Shown: positions 47,793 through 56,869, numbered from the stretch's first letter. The stretch: DNA of 64,000 nt from an archaeon GW2011_AR15 (GCA_000830295.1 CP010425.1:1056001-1120000), one strand, 5' to 3'. The notes: generated from the sequence alone by a model not told the origin. Numbers and translations: made by a program.

Positions 47793-49022
47793 ATGGCACC
47801 CAAGAAAGAAGAATCAGCTCAGCCGGAAGTCAATATAGGCCTGGTGGGGCATGTGGACCACGGCAAGACAACGCTGACTGAAAAGCTTTCAGGAAAATGG
47901 ACAGACACCCATTCCGAAGAGCTGAGGAGAGGGATAACCATCAGGCTGGGATATGCAGACACTGTTTTTGTGAAAGCCGGAAAAGAATACACAACAGAAG
48001 AGCTGGCCAAAAAAGCAAAGAAAAAGTATACTGTTCTGAGGAAAGTTTCTTTTGTGGATGCTCCCGGGCACGAGTCACTGATGGCAACAATGCTCAGCGG
48101 AGCCAATGTGATGGATGGTGCCCTTCTTCTTGTTGCAGCAAACGAGAAGTGCCCACAGCCCCAGACACGGGAGCATCTGATGGCATTAAAAATAATCGGC
48201 ATAAAAAATGTTGTCATAGTGCAGAACAAGATTGATATTGTTTCTGATGAAAAAGTCATGGCCAATTACAAGGAGATAAAGGAATTCCTGAAAGGGACTG
48301 ATTATGAGGATTCCCCTATAATTCCTATCTCTGCCCAGCACAATATTAATGTGGATGCTGTTATAGAAGCTATTGAAACATACATACCTACTCCTAAGAG
48401 GAACAGGGATGCTGACCTGAGGATGTTCGTGTCTAGGTCATTCGATATAAACAAGCCAGGCCAGGACATAAGCACACTGAAGGGAGGGGTGCTTGGAGGG
48501 GCAGTGCAGCAGGGGATGATAAAGACCGGAGATACCATTGAAATCAGGCCAGGACAAATTTATGAGGAGGCAAACAGGAAAGTCTGGAAGCCGATAAAGA
48601 CCAATGTAAAGAAGATCATGACCGGCAGCAAAGAGATTAAGGAGGCAGGCCCGGGCGGCTCAATAGCCCTTCTTACAGACCTTGACCCGTCTGTTGTCAA
48701 ATCAGACAGTTTCACAGGAAATATTGTAGGGTTTGAGGGCAAGCTGCCTGAAGTCTGGGATAACCTTATGCTTGAAGTTCACCTGCTTGAAAGAGTGGTA
48801 GGAACATCAGAGGATGCCAAAGTTGAGCCTCTGAAAATGGGAGAGGTACTTATGCTTAATGTCAACTCAGCTGCGACAGTCGGGGCTGTTGTAAAATTGG
48901 GAAAAAACAGGATAGACTGCAGGCTGAAGCTCCCGGTCTGCGCTGACAGGGGTTCAAGAGTTACAATATCAAGAAGAATCGGCACAAGGTTCAGGCTTAT
49001 AGGCTACGGCATAATTTCTTAG
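47793..49022 (+). CDS. eif2g: Translation initiation factor aIF2 gamma
   Basis: GHVDHGKTT, RGITIRLGY, DAPGHE, PQPQT.EH, NKID; true start ATG 47793. Confidence 0.97.
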   Translation: MAPKKEESAQPEVNIGLVGHVDHGKTTLTEKLSGKWTDTHSEELRRGITIRLGYADTVFVKAGKEYTTEELAKKAKKKYTVLRKVSFVDAPGHESLMATMLSGANVMDGALLLVAANEKCPQPQTREHLMALKIIGIKNVVIVQNKIDIVSDEKVMANYKEIKEFLKGTDYEDSPIIPISAQHNINVDAVIEAIETYIPTPKRNRDADLRMFVSRSFDINKPGQDISTLKGGVLGGAVQQGMIKTGDTIEIRPGQIYEEANRKVWKPIKTNVKKIMTGSKEIKEAGPGGSIALLTDLDPSVVKSDSFTGNIVGFEGKLPEVWDNLMLEVHLLERVVGTSEDAKVEPLKMGEVLMLNVNSAATVGAVVKLGKNRIDCRLKLPVCADRGSRVTISRRIGTRFRLIGYGIIS

Positions 49023-49026
49023 AACT

Positions 49027-49140
49027 GGAAGCACAAAGAGTTTATCTTGAGAATTTTGAGGTCAGTCGGCGTATCGCCTAGGGCACAGCCCCTTGTTTTT
49101 ATTTAGAGCCTCTCTCTCAACAAGACCTTTTTGTGCTTCC
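49027..49140 (-). ncRNA. Candidate structured non-coding RNA
   Basis: Perfect 11-bp terminal stem, inner stems and two hairpins; ATTTATAAAT 23-32 nt upstream on the minus strand. Confidence 0.5.
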
Positions 49141-49231
49141 TATAGTTTAATATGTTTTCTGCATTTATAAATGTAACCTAAGCAGTCTAGGTAAAAATGA
49201 AAAATATTATATTGTACAATAATAACACAAT

Positions 49232-49609
49232 ATGCAGATGAACCAGCCTGCTTTTGATTATAGTGAGAAAATAATCCCTGAGCTTGATAAGTTTTCAGCG
49301 AGGGTTGATGAGATTGCAGGAGACGACAAGCGCCTCAGGGTATCCGTTGAGATGGAGTCGCTTGAATGGCACACTTCTATGTCAAAAGTGAAAAGAGAGC
49401 TGCTGATCATGGCTACCCAGCTGAAGGAAATGCATAAAAAGATGGAGTCCATGAAAACGGAATTTATAGAAACTGTCATGGATTTCAGGACAAAAACAGA
49501 CAAAGAAAATTTCGAAAAGCTGAAAAGGAAGCTTGAGAGGTTTAATTTTGAAGAATACATGACAAAGGAAGAATTCAGAAAACTTCTAGGCAAGAGCAGC
49601 CCCGAGTGA
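49232..49609 (+). CDS. Hypothetical coiled-coil protein
   Basis: 125-aa helical, charged ORF. Confidence 0.65.
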   Translation: MQMNQPAFDYSEKIIPELDKFSARVDEIAGDDKRLRVSVEMESLEWHTSMSKVKRELLIMATQLKEMHKKMESMKTEFIETVMDFRTKTDKENFEKLKRKLERFNFEEYMTKEEFRKLLGKSSPE

Positions 49610-50431
49610 TTTTATAGCCACTTCAATCATGTCATCTGTCGGCTCTTTTGTGGTTATCTTCTGGATGAGCAGGCCAGGGGATATAATTATCTTAACCAGG
49701 ATATTGTCAAAATGCTTTCCTGCAAATTTCAGGAATTCATATGATACTCCTGCAATTACGGGCAGGAGGAGTATCCTGATGCCCAGTCTCTGGAAATAAT
49801 TTCCTGCATCTACGAAAGTGAAAAAGACTATTGAAAGCACAAATACAATAAGTATGAAATTTGTGCCGCATCTCGGATGGAGTGTTGAGTATTTCTTGAC
49901 ATTTTTTACTGTAAGCTTTTCCTTATTCTCATAGCAGTATACTGTCTTGTGCTCTGCACCATGATACTGGAATATCCTTCTTATATCAGGGATAAATGAG
50001 ATTAGCAACAGGTATATCAGGAATATAGCTATCCTTACTATTCCGTCTATCAGGTTCAGCGCTGCTCCTGTGCTGCCTGCAAGGAATCTTGCGATAAAAA
50101 GAGGCGCGGCAAAGAAAAGGAGTATGGTCATTCCTACTGACAGAATAACTGTAAGCGCAATTTCCCATGAGGACATAACCTGGTTATCTTCTCCCTGGGA
50201 TTCAAGTGCTGAATATGATATGCTGCTAACACCGATTGAGAGGGTTTCAGCAAACCTGTACACCCCCCTTACTACCGGAATCTTCGGGAACCAGTGCTTC
50301 GGCTCCTGTATTTTCACTATTTTTGTAGAAATCTTTTTATCGGGCCTTCTTACGCATAGGGCATACTTGTCGCTGGAGCGCATCATGACTCCCTCAATCA
50401 AAGCCTGCCCCCCAATAGTTAGTTCCGGCAT
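49586..50431 (-). CDS. DUF1385 membrane protein
   Basis: GGQALIEGVMM, FQYHGAEHK, HPRCGTNF, TTKEP. Confidence 0.9.
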   Translation of the reverse strand: MPELTIGGQALIEGVMMRSSDKYALCVRRPDKKISTKIVKIQEPKHWFPKIPVVRGVYRFAETLSIGVSSISYSALESQGEDNQVMSSWEIALTVILSVGMTILLFFAAPLFIARFLAGSTGAALNLIDGIVRIAIFLIYLLLISFIPDIRRIFQYHGAEHKTVYCYENKEKLTVKNVKKYSTLHPRCGTNFILIVFVLSIVFFTFVDAGNYFQRLGIRILLLPVIAGVSYEFLKFAGKHFDNILVKIIISPGLLIQKITTKEPTDDMIEVAIKSLGAALA

Positions 50432-50518
50432 CGCAAAAGGAATAGACGCCAAATATATAAATTTACTTAAAAAGGCTTAAGATATATAAAGAAAGCGAGA
50501 TTCACCCAAAACACTAGA

Positions 50519-50770
50519 GGGGCTATGGTGCAACTGCTATGCGTCAGTTGGCACCGCATGTGCGACATGCGCCTTTTCCAAAGGCTTAATCCCACTAAAA
50601 GAAAATAAGGGGCTATGGTGTAGCTTGGTATCACACAAGGCTGGGGGTCTTGTAACCGCAGTTCGAATCTGCGTAGCCCCATTTTTTCGTTCTGTTAGCC
50701 TGCTAACAGGACTGGGCCTGTTTGGCTCAAGCGTTTCTTAAAGGCTTGGTTTGTAATCTGCGTAGCCCCA
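50519..50770. repeat. Duplicated 5' end (GGGGCTATGGTG) and 3' end (AATCTGCGTAGCCCCA) of tRNA-Pro
   Basis: 5' copies at 50519-50530 and 50609-50620; 3' copies at 50666-50681 and 50755-50770. Confidence 0.9.
50609..50681 (+). tRNA. tRNA-Pro(GGG)
   Basis: GGGGCTA/TAGCCCC acceptor stem, CT-GGG-GG loop, GTTCGAATC. Confidence 0.93.
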
Positions 50771-50854
50771 CATTATTTATCGTTAACTTAATAATACACT
50801 GGGTTGGTAAGGGTGAAACCCTTACGTCAAAAAAATATAGTGCTGTCTTTCTTA

Positions 50855-51136
50855 CTATTCATCTACAGTAAACAATTTAGAATCCTTAACTTTAAACAGG
50901 CCGATCCTCGCGCCGGCATCCAGCCAGCCATGCGCATAGTTAAGGGCGGCAAATGCAGTGACCTTATCTCCCTTGCTGCGGAAATGCCCTGCATCGCTGA
51001 AATATCTTGAGGCCATATCAAAGAAATCCTCTGCCTCTTTTCTCCTCTCAGGATCAAACCTGCCTTCAGCCATTTTCAGGGCCTTTTCTGTGACTGAAAA
51101 ATATCTTTTCAGCTTTTCATCTGTTATCCTATCCAT
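50855..51136 (-). CDS. DUF357 family protein
   Basis: MASRYFSDA.HF..KGD.V.AFAALNYAHGWLDAG. Confidence 0.88.
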   Translation of the reverse strand: MDRITDEKLKRYFSVTEKALKMAEGRFDPERRKEAEDFFDMASRYFSDAGHFRSKGDKVTAFAALNYAHGWLDAGARIGLFKVKDSKLFTVDE

Positions 51137-51277
51137 CTGCTGAGGGATATATTCATGCTTTATTTATTTTATCATGTGTACTTATTTACATTTTAGTATA
51201 CTTTTTTCCATATTAATATACAAAAAATAGATAAATTTAAATACCTGTGTGATATATCCATAAATTCTGATAGTTAT

Positions 51278-51778
51278 ATGGATCAAAAAAAAGCATACCG
51301 AAAAATTGCTATCACTCTTTTCCTAGTCCTCGGCCTGCTGGTCGTGGTATTTGCAGCCATGCTCCTCTTTAATGTAACTGACTACGGAATAACCATTGCA
51401 TCATTCGGCGCAACAGTCATGATGATACTTTCAAAAAAGAAAGTTGAAAACAGGAAAATAATCGGGGCATATATAGCAGCCTCTGTAATCGGGTTTATCA
51501 TGGCAAGAGTCCCAGGCTCAGTACTGTTTAATGTTGCCGTCGCTGGTGTAGCCTCAGTAATAGCAATGACTGTCTTGGAAATGCAGCATGCTCCTGCAAT
51601 AGGTATTGCCATAGCAATGGTCCTTAACAATTTCTCATTCTGGACTGACGTGACTATAATATTTTCAATACTCCTTATCATCGGCATGGCTATGATACTG
51701 AAGTCATTCATCAGGAATCCTGAGAGAATACTGAACTTTGTGAAAATAGAAACAGAAAAGATAAACTGGGATTTCTAA
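51278..51778 (+). CDS. HPP-family-like membrane protein
   Basis: IASFGAT, HAPA.GIA, multiple TM helices. Confidence 0.75.
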   Translation: MDQKKAYRKIAITLFLVLGLLVVVFAAMLLFNVTDYGITIASFGATVMMILSKKKVENRKIIGAYIAASVIGFIMARVPGSVLFNVAVAGVASVIAMTVLEMQHAPAIGIAIAMVLNNFSFWTDVTIIFSILLIIGMAMILKSFIRNPERILNFVKIETEKINWDF

Positions 51779-51816
51779 GAAAAATATATAAAACCCAACA
51801 TTAATCAATAAGAATT

Positions 51817-52233
51817 ATGAAACAAGACCAGCTCCTGTTTTCATCGCTTTTCGCGGTTTTTTTTGGATTCCTTATATTCATACTCTCCATAATGAACCAG
51901 GGCCTCAGGCTTATTGCCATATTCACAACATATTATGTGCTCTTTCTCCTCCTTGGGCTTGTGATAATGCTAACCGGCTTTGTATTCATGCTCATATGGC
52001 ATGTAAGCAACAGGCAGCCCTTTGAGGATAAGGAAAATAAGAGAGAAAGCTTCTACGGGTATCTTGCACTGGGAATATTCTCACTGACAATGGGCTTCCT
52101 TTACATGTTCTATTTCCATGACAGGAACACGACACTGTATTATGTTTTCATTTTCGTAAGCATCGGGGGAATAGCCCTGCTGGTAAAAGGCCTGAAAAAT
52201 TTCTATATTAATGTTATCGAAAAAAAGATATGA
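51817..52233 (+). CDS. Hypothetical 4-TM membrane protein
   Basis: Hydrophobicity pattern. Confidence 0.7.
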   Translation: MKQDQLLFSSLFAVFFGFLIFILSIMNQGLRLIAIFTTYYVLFLLLGLVIMLTGFVFMLIWHVSNRQPFEDKENKRESFYGYLALGIFSLTMGFLYMFYFHDRNTTLYYVFIFVSIGGIALLVKGLKNFYINVIEKKI

Positions 52234-53020
52234 CATTGCTGAAATTCATCTTGACATAATCTGCCGGATCGAGTGATTTTTTCTTCAGCTCAAGCAGCCC
52301 TGATTCCACATTCGTGCTGCCGAAAGGAATGAAGAAACCTGCCTTGTGCTCAAGTTCCCTTATCTGTATCAGGGCAAAATACCTAGCAATAATTGATGCC
52401 GCAGAAACTTCAGGGTATTTTGAATCCGCGTTCTTCTCCCTGATGTCCCCTACTGAGCAGCCGGGATACAAGTCAACTATATGAATAGCTTTTTTTGAAA
52501 GCTTGTTATAGCATTTAAGGTGGAGATTATCAAGAAGTTTTGTTGTGTTATTTTTTGCTATCATCGCATTGTATTCTCTTGGATATAAGGATTCAACATG
52601 ATAGTTCTTCGGGTATCTCCCGATAAGCTCTTCCCCCAGTTTCACTATCTGCGGCTTGAGCAGTTTTTTTGAGTCTTTTACGCCGAGTCCTTTAAGCTCC
52701 TTCCGTATCGTGTCATCTGCCATGAATGCCGCAACAACAATGCCACCGAACGTGTCTCCCTTCAGGGTTTCATCTGAACCGACTGACATAGGCCTGGATT
52801 TCTCTTTCTTTATTGCTCCTGTAAAAAGAAGAAGTTTCTCTGCCTCTGCTGTATTCTCCTTTTTGCCCTGCACAAGCAGCTTTCCCGTCTTGTAAAGGAT
52901 TATGCTGCAGCTGCCGGAAAGCCTTATCTCCTCATGCTTTGATTTCGGCTTTTCCTCTTTAAATCCGTATTTTTTTATTTTTTTCAGGCCGGTTTTAGTC
53001 ACATTGTCAAAGCTTGCCAT
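52214..53020 (-). CDS. rnhC: Ribonuclease HIII-like
   Basis: N-terminal TBP-like YKTGKLLVQG; GSDE..KGD.FG, VKDSKK, AASIIAR. Confidence 0.85.
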   Translation of the reverse strand: MASFDNVTKTGLKKIKKYGFKEEKPKSKHEEIRLSGSCSIILYKTGKLLVQGKKENTAEAEKLLLFTGAIKKEKSRPMSVGSDETLKGDTFGGIVVAAFMADDTIRKELKGLGVKDSKKLLKPQIVKLGEELIGRYPKNYHVESLYPREYNAMIAKNNTTKLLDNLHLKCYNKLSKKAIHIVDLYPGCSVGDIREKNADSKYPEVSAASIIARYFALIQIRELEHKAGFFIPFGSTNVESGLLELKKKSLDPADYVKMNFSNVISFFR

Positions 53021-53022
53021 TA

Positions 53023-53499
53023 TTATCCACTCTTCCCCTGGAAATCCTCATCTATAGCCTTAAGGTATTCCCTGAGCCTTTCAATAATGCTGGGCACAAG
53101 GAACCTCTCTATTTTTTCCCTGAATATGTCCTGGAGAGGAGAGAATTCGCTTATCCTGTATTCATTTTTGACCTTTTCCACAATAAGGACTTTCCTCAGC
53201 CTTCTTACCTGCCTTCTTATGTTTGAGGCAGCTGCTCCTGCATCACCCAGCTTATATTCTTTTCTGAATGCCAGCACTTCATCCCTTATCCCGTCAGAAG
53301 AAAGCAGCTTATTTTCCTTTCTTGCCTCAAGCAATACATAAAGGACATCAACCACTATATCCCTTGAATCGCCCGGGTTGAGAAGCCCGAGGCTGAGGCA
53401 TAATTTCCTTACAAGCTCCCTGCTGTTAAGATTATAGGGCTTTTCATATCTCCTTAATGTGATTTCTGCTAAGGGTGTGTCTACCTGCTTGGATTGCAT
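53023..53499 (-). CDS. Hypothetical protein, probable winged-helix
   Basis: ASNIRRQVRRLRK..IVEK wHTH-like segment. Confidence 0.7.
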   Translation of the reverse strand: MQSKQVDTPLAEITLRRYEKPYNLNSRELVRKLCLSLGLLNPGDSRDIVVDVLYVLLEARKENKLLSSDGIRDEVLAFRKEYKLGDAGAAASNIRRQVRRLRKVLIVEKVKNEYRISEFSPLQDIFREKIERFLVPSIIERLREYLKAIDEDFQGKSG

Positions 53500-53548
53500 G
53501 ATTAAATATTTTAATCATAAGTTTATAAATATTTTGGAACTCCAGAAG

Positions 53549-53851
53549 TCAGTTATCAAAGCTGCCGCCCGGCCTGCTTGCTTCCAGCCTGTACACATCC
53601 GGGCTATTTATTAAATCAGGCAGTTCTGCATAAGGCATGCCAATTGCATATATCCCGCCTATTCTACCCATTTTGCCTTTAAAATCCAGTCCGGATTTTG
53701 CCCGCATAAGAAAATGAACTTTTGTTGTATTCAGGTCAATGCCCGGATCTTTTGTCATGAGGATATGGTACTGGTGCATCATGTACGGGTCAACTTTCGG
53801 GGATTTAAGTGCCTCTTCAATTTTCTCCTTCAGAGAAGTTTGGTCCTGCAT
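53549..53851 (-). CDS. Hypothetical protein
   Basis: 100-aa ORF with TTTAAATAT TATA upstream. Confidence 0.55.
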   Translation of the reverse strand: MQDQTSLKEKIEEALKSPKVDPYMMHQYHILMTKDPGIDLNTTKVHFLMRAKSGLDFKGKMGRIGGIYAIGMPYAELPDLINSPDVYRLEASRPGGSFDN

Positions 53852-53930
53852 AGTTTCATTAATAAAACTAGTTTATATTTAAATTTTGTTAGCTACATTT
53901 TTATATAACATTGTATTCTTCTTTTCCTCT

Positions 53931-54131
53931 ATGGGGGACTATATTGATGCTTATGACCATGAAATTTATAGCAGGATCCTCTACAGGCATGCGCTTGAAA
54001 GGGACCCTGTAACTGCTGCAGAGATTGCAAAGATGGCAGGATTGACAGGAGACCAAATTTCTAATATCAAATACGTTGGAAACGGTCAGATCCATGCTGA
54101 TATAAATCTTGAAAGAAGAGTTAGGGAGTAA
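53931..54131 (+). CDS. Small hypothetical protein
   Basis: MGDYIDAYD... 66 aa with TTTATATA upstream. Confidence 0.5.
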   Translation: MGDYIDAYDHEIYSRILYRHALERDPVTAAEIAKMAGLTGDQISNIKYVGNGQIHADINLERRVRE

Positions 54132-54167
54132 GTCTTAGAAAACTTTAAGTATAACAATCTCATTGGA

Positions 54168-54947
54168 ATGGAAATGATTAATAGGCATACAGGCATTGTT
54201 GCAGTTCTCATTGCCGGCGGAATTGTTCTCGCAGCATGTGCTTCTCCGGCACCTCAGCCTACTGTTACATTAGAGCCAACGGTAGCTTATACTGCAGCAC
54301 CAACGGTAGCTTATACTGCAGCACCAACGGTAATCCCCACATCCACTCCAATGAATCTTCCGGTCAGAGATGCCATATCTGAAGCAAGAACTGGTTTAAT
54401 TAAGTCGTTTCAGGAAAATGGTGGCTATTTACTAGAAAGCGATTATGAGAACCATGTTGATGAAGAAATAAGGAGAACAGGACTTAATCCTAAAGAATGC
54501 AGTCCACTTGACTCTTGGATTTATTATGAACTTTTTTCAAACTCTCTCAGCATTGATAAAAAAATTGGCGCGGATGAAGATGCCCAATATTACATCTATG
54601 ATTATTCCGGCCTTCCAGAGAATGTTGAAAGAGCATCAATTAGATACGACAATTTGAGAGATGGACTTGAAGATTATTTATCTAAATTTATGGGTGATGG
54701 GCCAATCCATATAATTGTCCTCATGGATATAGTAAGAGGGTATGTTGAGAGGACTAGCGACTATAAAGCATCAGAGCTTTGGAAAACTGAGCTTTGGGGA
54801 AGGCTGACATTGGATATGCGAGATGAATTATACGATGGAAAGGTTGAAGGGCTTCTAGAATTTAATTTTCCCCCTTATGTATGTGGGGTGCCATCTGATG
54901 AAATAAGAAATACCTTCAGAGAGTTGACTCCGACAGAGCAACCATAA
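54168..54947 (+). CDS. Putative lipoprotein with Pro/Thr-rich linker
   Basis: LAAC lipobox followed by PTVAYTAA repeats. Confidence 0.75.
   Translation: MEMINRHTGIVAVLIAGGIVLAACASPAPQPTVTLEPTVAYTAAPTVAYTAAPTVIPTSTPMNLPVRDAISEARTGLIKSFQENGGYLLESDYENHVDEEIRRTGLNPKECSPLDSWIYYELFSNSLSIDKKIGADEDAQYYIYDYSGLPENVERASIRYDNLRDGLEDYLSKFMGDGPIHIIVLMDIVRGYVERTSDYKASELWKTELWGRLTLDMRDELYDGKVEGLLEFNFPPYVCGVPSDEIRNTFRELTPTEQP
54276..54332 (+). repeat. In-frame 24-bp tandem repeat (about 2.4 copies)
   Basis: CCAACGGTAGCTTATACTGCAGCA twice, then CCAACGGTA. Confidence 0.9.
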
Positions 54948-55024
54948 CTCTTTTTATCTTTTAATCACAAACTTTATAAAGCATCTCCTAATCCAGAAAG
55001 TATACATTTTCGAGGTGTTATGAT

Positions 55025-55249
55025 ATGGAAAGCGCAAGACCACTGGATGCCCTTAACAAGGCAAGGAATAAAAGGGTAATAGTTGATTTAAAGAACGGCA
55101 AGCAGCTTGCGGGCAAGCTGAATGCTTTTGATATCCATATCAATGTTGTCCTTGATGAAACAGAAGAAATGGTTGACGGGCAGGTCAGCAGGAAGCTAGG
55201 CACTGTATTCATAAGAGGGGACACAATAATCCTGATTTCTGCAGAATAA
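55025..55249 (+). CDS. Sm-like (Lsm) protein
   Basis: RPLD.L, G.L.AFD.H.NVVL, FIRGD. Confidence 0.95.
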   Translation: MESARPLDALNKARNKRVIVDLKNGKQLAGKLNAFDIHINVVLDETEEMVDGQVSRKLGTVFIRGDTIILISAE

Positions 55250-55259
55250 GTGAGTTAAC

Positions 55260-55442
55260 ATGACAAAAGGAACGCCATCAATGGGTAAGAAGTCCGGTAA
55301 GACTACCCACATAAGGTGCAGGAGATGCGGACAGAAGACATACCACAGGAGAAAAAACAACTGCAGCTCATGCGGCTATGGCGTTTCCCCAAGGATAAGA
55401 TCGTACGCCTGGATGAAAAAGAAAAAGCTCACACATTCTTAA
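55260..55442 (+). CDS. rpl37e: Ribosomal protein L37e
   Basis: [23 protein letters not shown]. Confidence 0.96.
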   Translation: MTKGTPSMGKKSGKTTHIRCRRCGQKTYHRRKNNCSSCGYGVSPRIRSYAWMKKKKLTHS

Positions 55443-55522
55443 TTACTCTTTTCCTGCTATTTCAGTAAAATATTTAAAAGAAGTAAAAGTTCATTCATAC
55501 ACCCGGCGGAATCTATGTTTAT

Positions 55523-55658
55523 GCGGAGGTGCCGGAGCGGTCAAACGGGACAGGCTTAGGTCAGTCCAACACTATTAAGGTGTGCTGAGGCGAAAGCCGA
55601 TGAATGTAAGACACCTGTTAGCTTAGTGCTTACCCAGGTTCGAATCCTGGCCTCCGCA
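55523..55658 (+). tRNA. tRNA-Leu(TAG) with 52-nt intron (55561-55612)
   Basis: GCGGAGG/CCTCCGC acceptor stem, ACAGG/CCTGT anticodon stem, long variable arm, GTTCGAATC. Confidence 0.93.
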
Positions 55659-55748
55659 CTTTTCTTTATGTGTGCTTGACGAACAGAGTGAGGAAACACA
55701 CAGCTCCATCAATGCTGATAAGGATTGGTGGGTATCCTGGCCTCCGCA
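55644..55748. repeat. 15-bp direct repeat of the tRNA-Leu 3' end (ATCCTGGCCTCCGCA)
   Basis: Copies at 55644-55658 and 55734-55748. Confidence 0.9.
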
Positions 55749-55768
55749 TTTTTTATTCTAAAATTATG

Positions 55769-56746
55769 TCAGAAATATTTAAGTTTGAATAGTACCCATA
55801 TTGAGATAGAGGAGAAGATAAGCGATATCAGGACAACAATGCCGAATGCATGCGGGGACTGCTGGAAAGGCAGTGGTATGTTCATCCCGTATATGCTTGC
55901 AATCAGCACAGGGAGCGAGATTATAAGTGTTATTGAAGTAAGGATTTTTATCACGACGTTCAGATTATTCGATATTATTGAGGCAAATGCATCCAGAGTA
56001 TTTGACAATATATTTGAGTAGATATCTGTCATCTGGATTGCCTGGTTTGTCTCATCTATGATTTTTGTAATAAGGTATTCATCCTCATCAGTCTTCACCC
56101 TTATGCCGTATTTTGAAACACCGTACTTGGTCCTTCCGTTTTCCTTGCGGCCTTTCTTCTTGCGCCCCTCCTCAGCAATCCTCTCAATCAGGATTTTATT
56201 TGACTTAAGCGACGTGTTGAAATATACAAAGCTCTTTTCAAGCTGGAGATAATCCATTACCAGTTCGTTTTTTTGTGATTCGGCAAGCTTGTCCTCAGCA
56301 TTGTACATCTTGTTTTTAAGATCTAAAAGGTATGCCAGGTAGAGCCTGGCAGAAACCAAAAGCAGCCTGAAAACCAGCTGTGTCTTCCTAAAAGGAAAGT
56401 TCTGGGTCTTGAGTTTTGAAATAGTGTCGTTTTCGAAAAAGCAGATAGTAAGCACAAATTCATTTGTCGAAAATATCCCAAGCGGGACAGTATAGTATTC
56501 CAGATCCTTTCCCAGATTATTATATGGTGTCCTTATGATTATAAAAGTGAACTTCTCATAGTTTTCTATTGCAGGCACTTCATCAATATCCTTAAGCGAT
56601 ATGAGCAGCTCTTCCGGTATGTCGAGCATTGACTTTATTCTGGTGATTTCGCTTTCAGTCGGCGAGATAACGTTTACCCAGCAGTTTTTTTCAAGCCTAT
56701 CTAGAACTTCAAGCTTTTTCTGGGTCGGGCGGAGTATCTCAATCAT
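55769..56746 (-). CDS. corA: CorA Mg2+/Co2+ transporter
   Basis: SNNLN.VIKILT, YGMN, two C-terminal TM helices. Confidence 0.93.
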   Translation of the reverse strand: MIEILRPTQKKLEVLDRLEKNCWVNVISPTESEITRIKSMLDIPEELLISLKDIDEVPAIENYEKFTFIIIRTPYNNLGKDLEYYTVPLGIFSTNEFVLTICFFENDTISKLKTQNFPFRKTQLVFRLLLVSARLYLAYLLDLKNKMYNAEDKLAESQKNELVMDYLQLEKSFVYFNTSLKSNKILIERIAEEGRKKKGRKENGRTKYGVSKYGIRVKTDEDEYLITKIIDETNQAIQMTDIYSNILSNTLDAFASIISNNLNVVIKILTSITLIISLPVLIASIYGMNIPLPFQQSPHAFGIVVLISLIFSSISIWVLFKLKYF

Positions 56747-56869
56747 GTGATGCAGGTTATTCCGATGTCCCTTATAAATTTTTCTGCCTGTAATTTTTCA
56801 TGCATAATCCCGGAAGCTATCCGGCTTTCCCGTTTATACCAATTTAAAACCCTGCGGTATCTTCATGGC

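Noticed and set aside
49027-49140. 5S rRNA, SRP RNA or RNase P RNA identity
   Set aside because: No 5S loop C or E motifs, no SRP helix 8 motif, no RNase P P4 consensus
50467-50682. 71-aa ORF over tRNA-Pro
   Set aside because: Spurious antisense translation of the tRNA locus
55585-55604. Hammerhead ribozyme in tRNA introns (CTGA...GAAA)
   Set aside because: Lacks the CUGANGA core and three-stem geometry; a K-turn fits better
22713-55748. tRNA-end repeats as att sites of one large prophage or island
   Set aside because: Each repeat pair is only 52-90 bp apart and the intervening regions are core genes
56747-56869. 41-aa N-terminal extension of the E1-like ORF
   Set aside because: Spans the divergent promoter region shared with corA; the TATA at 56842 supports ATG 56870
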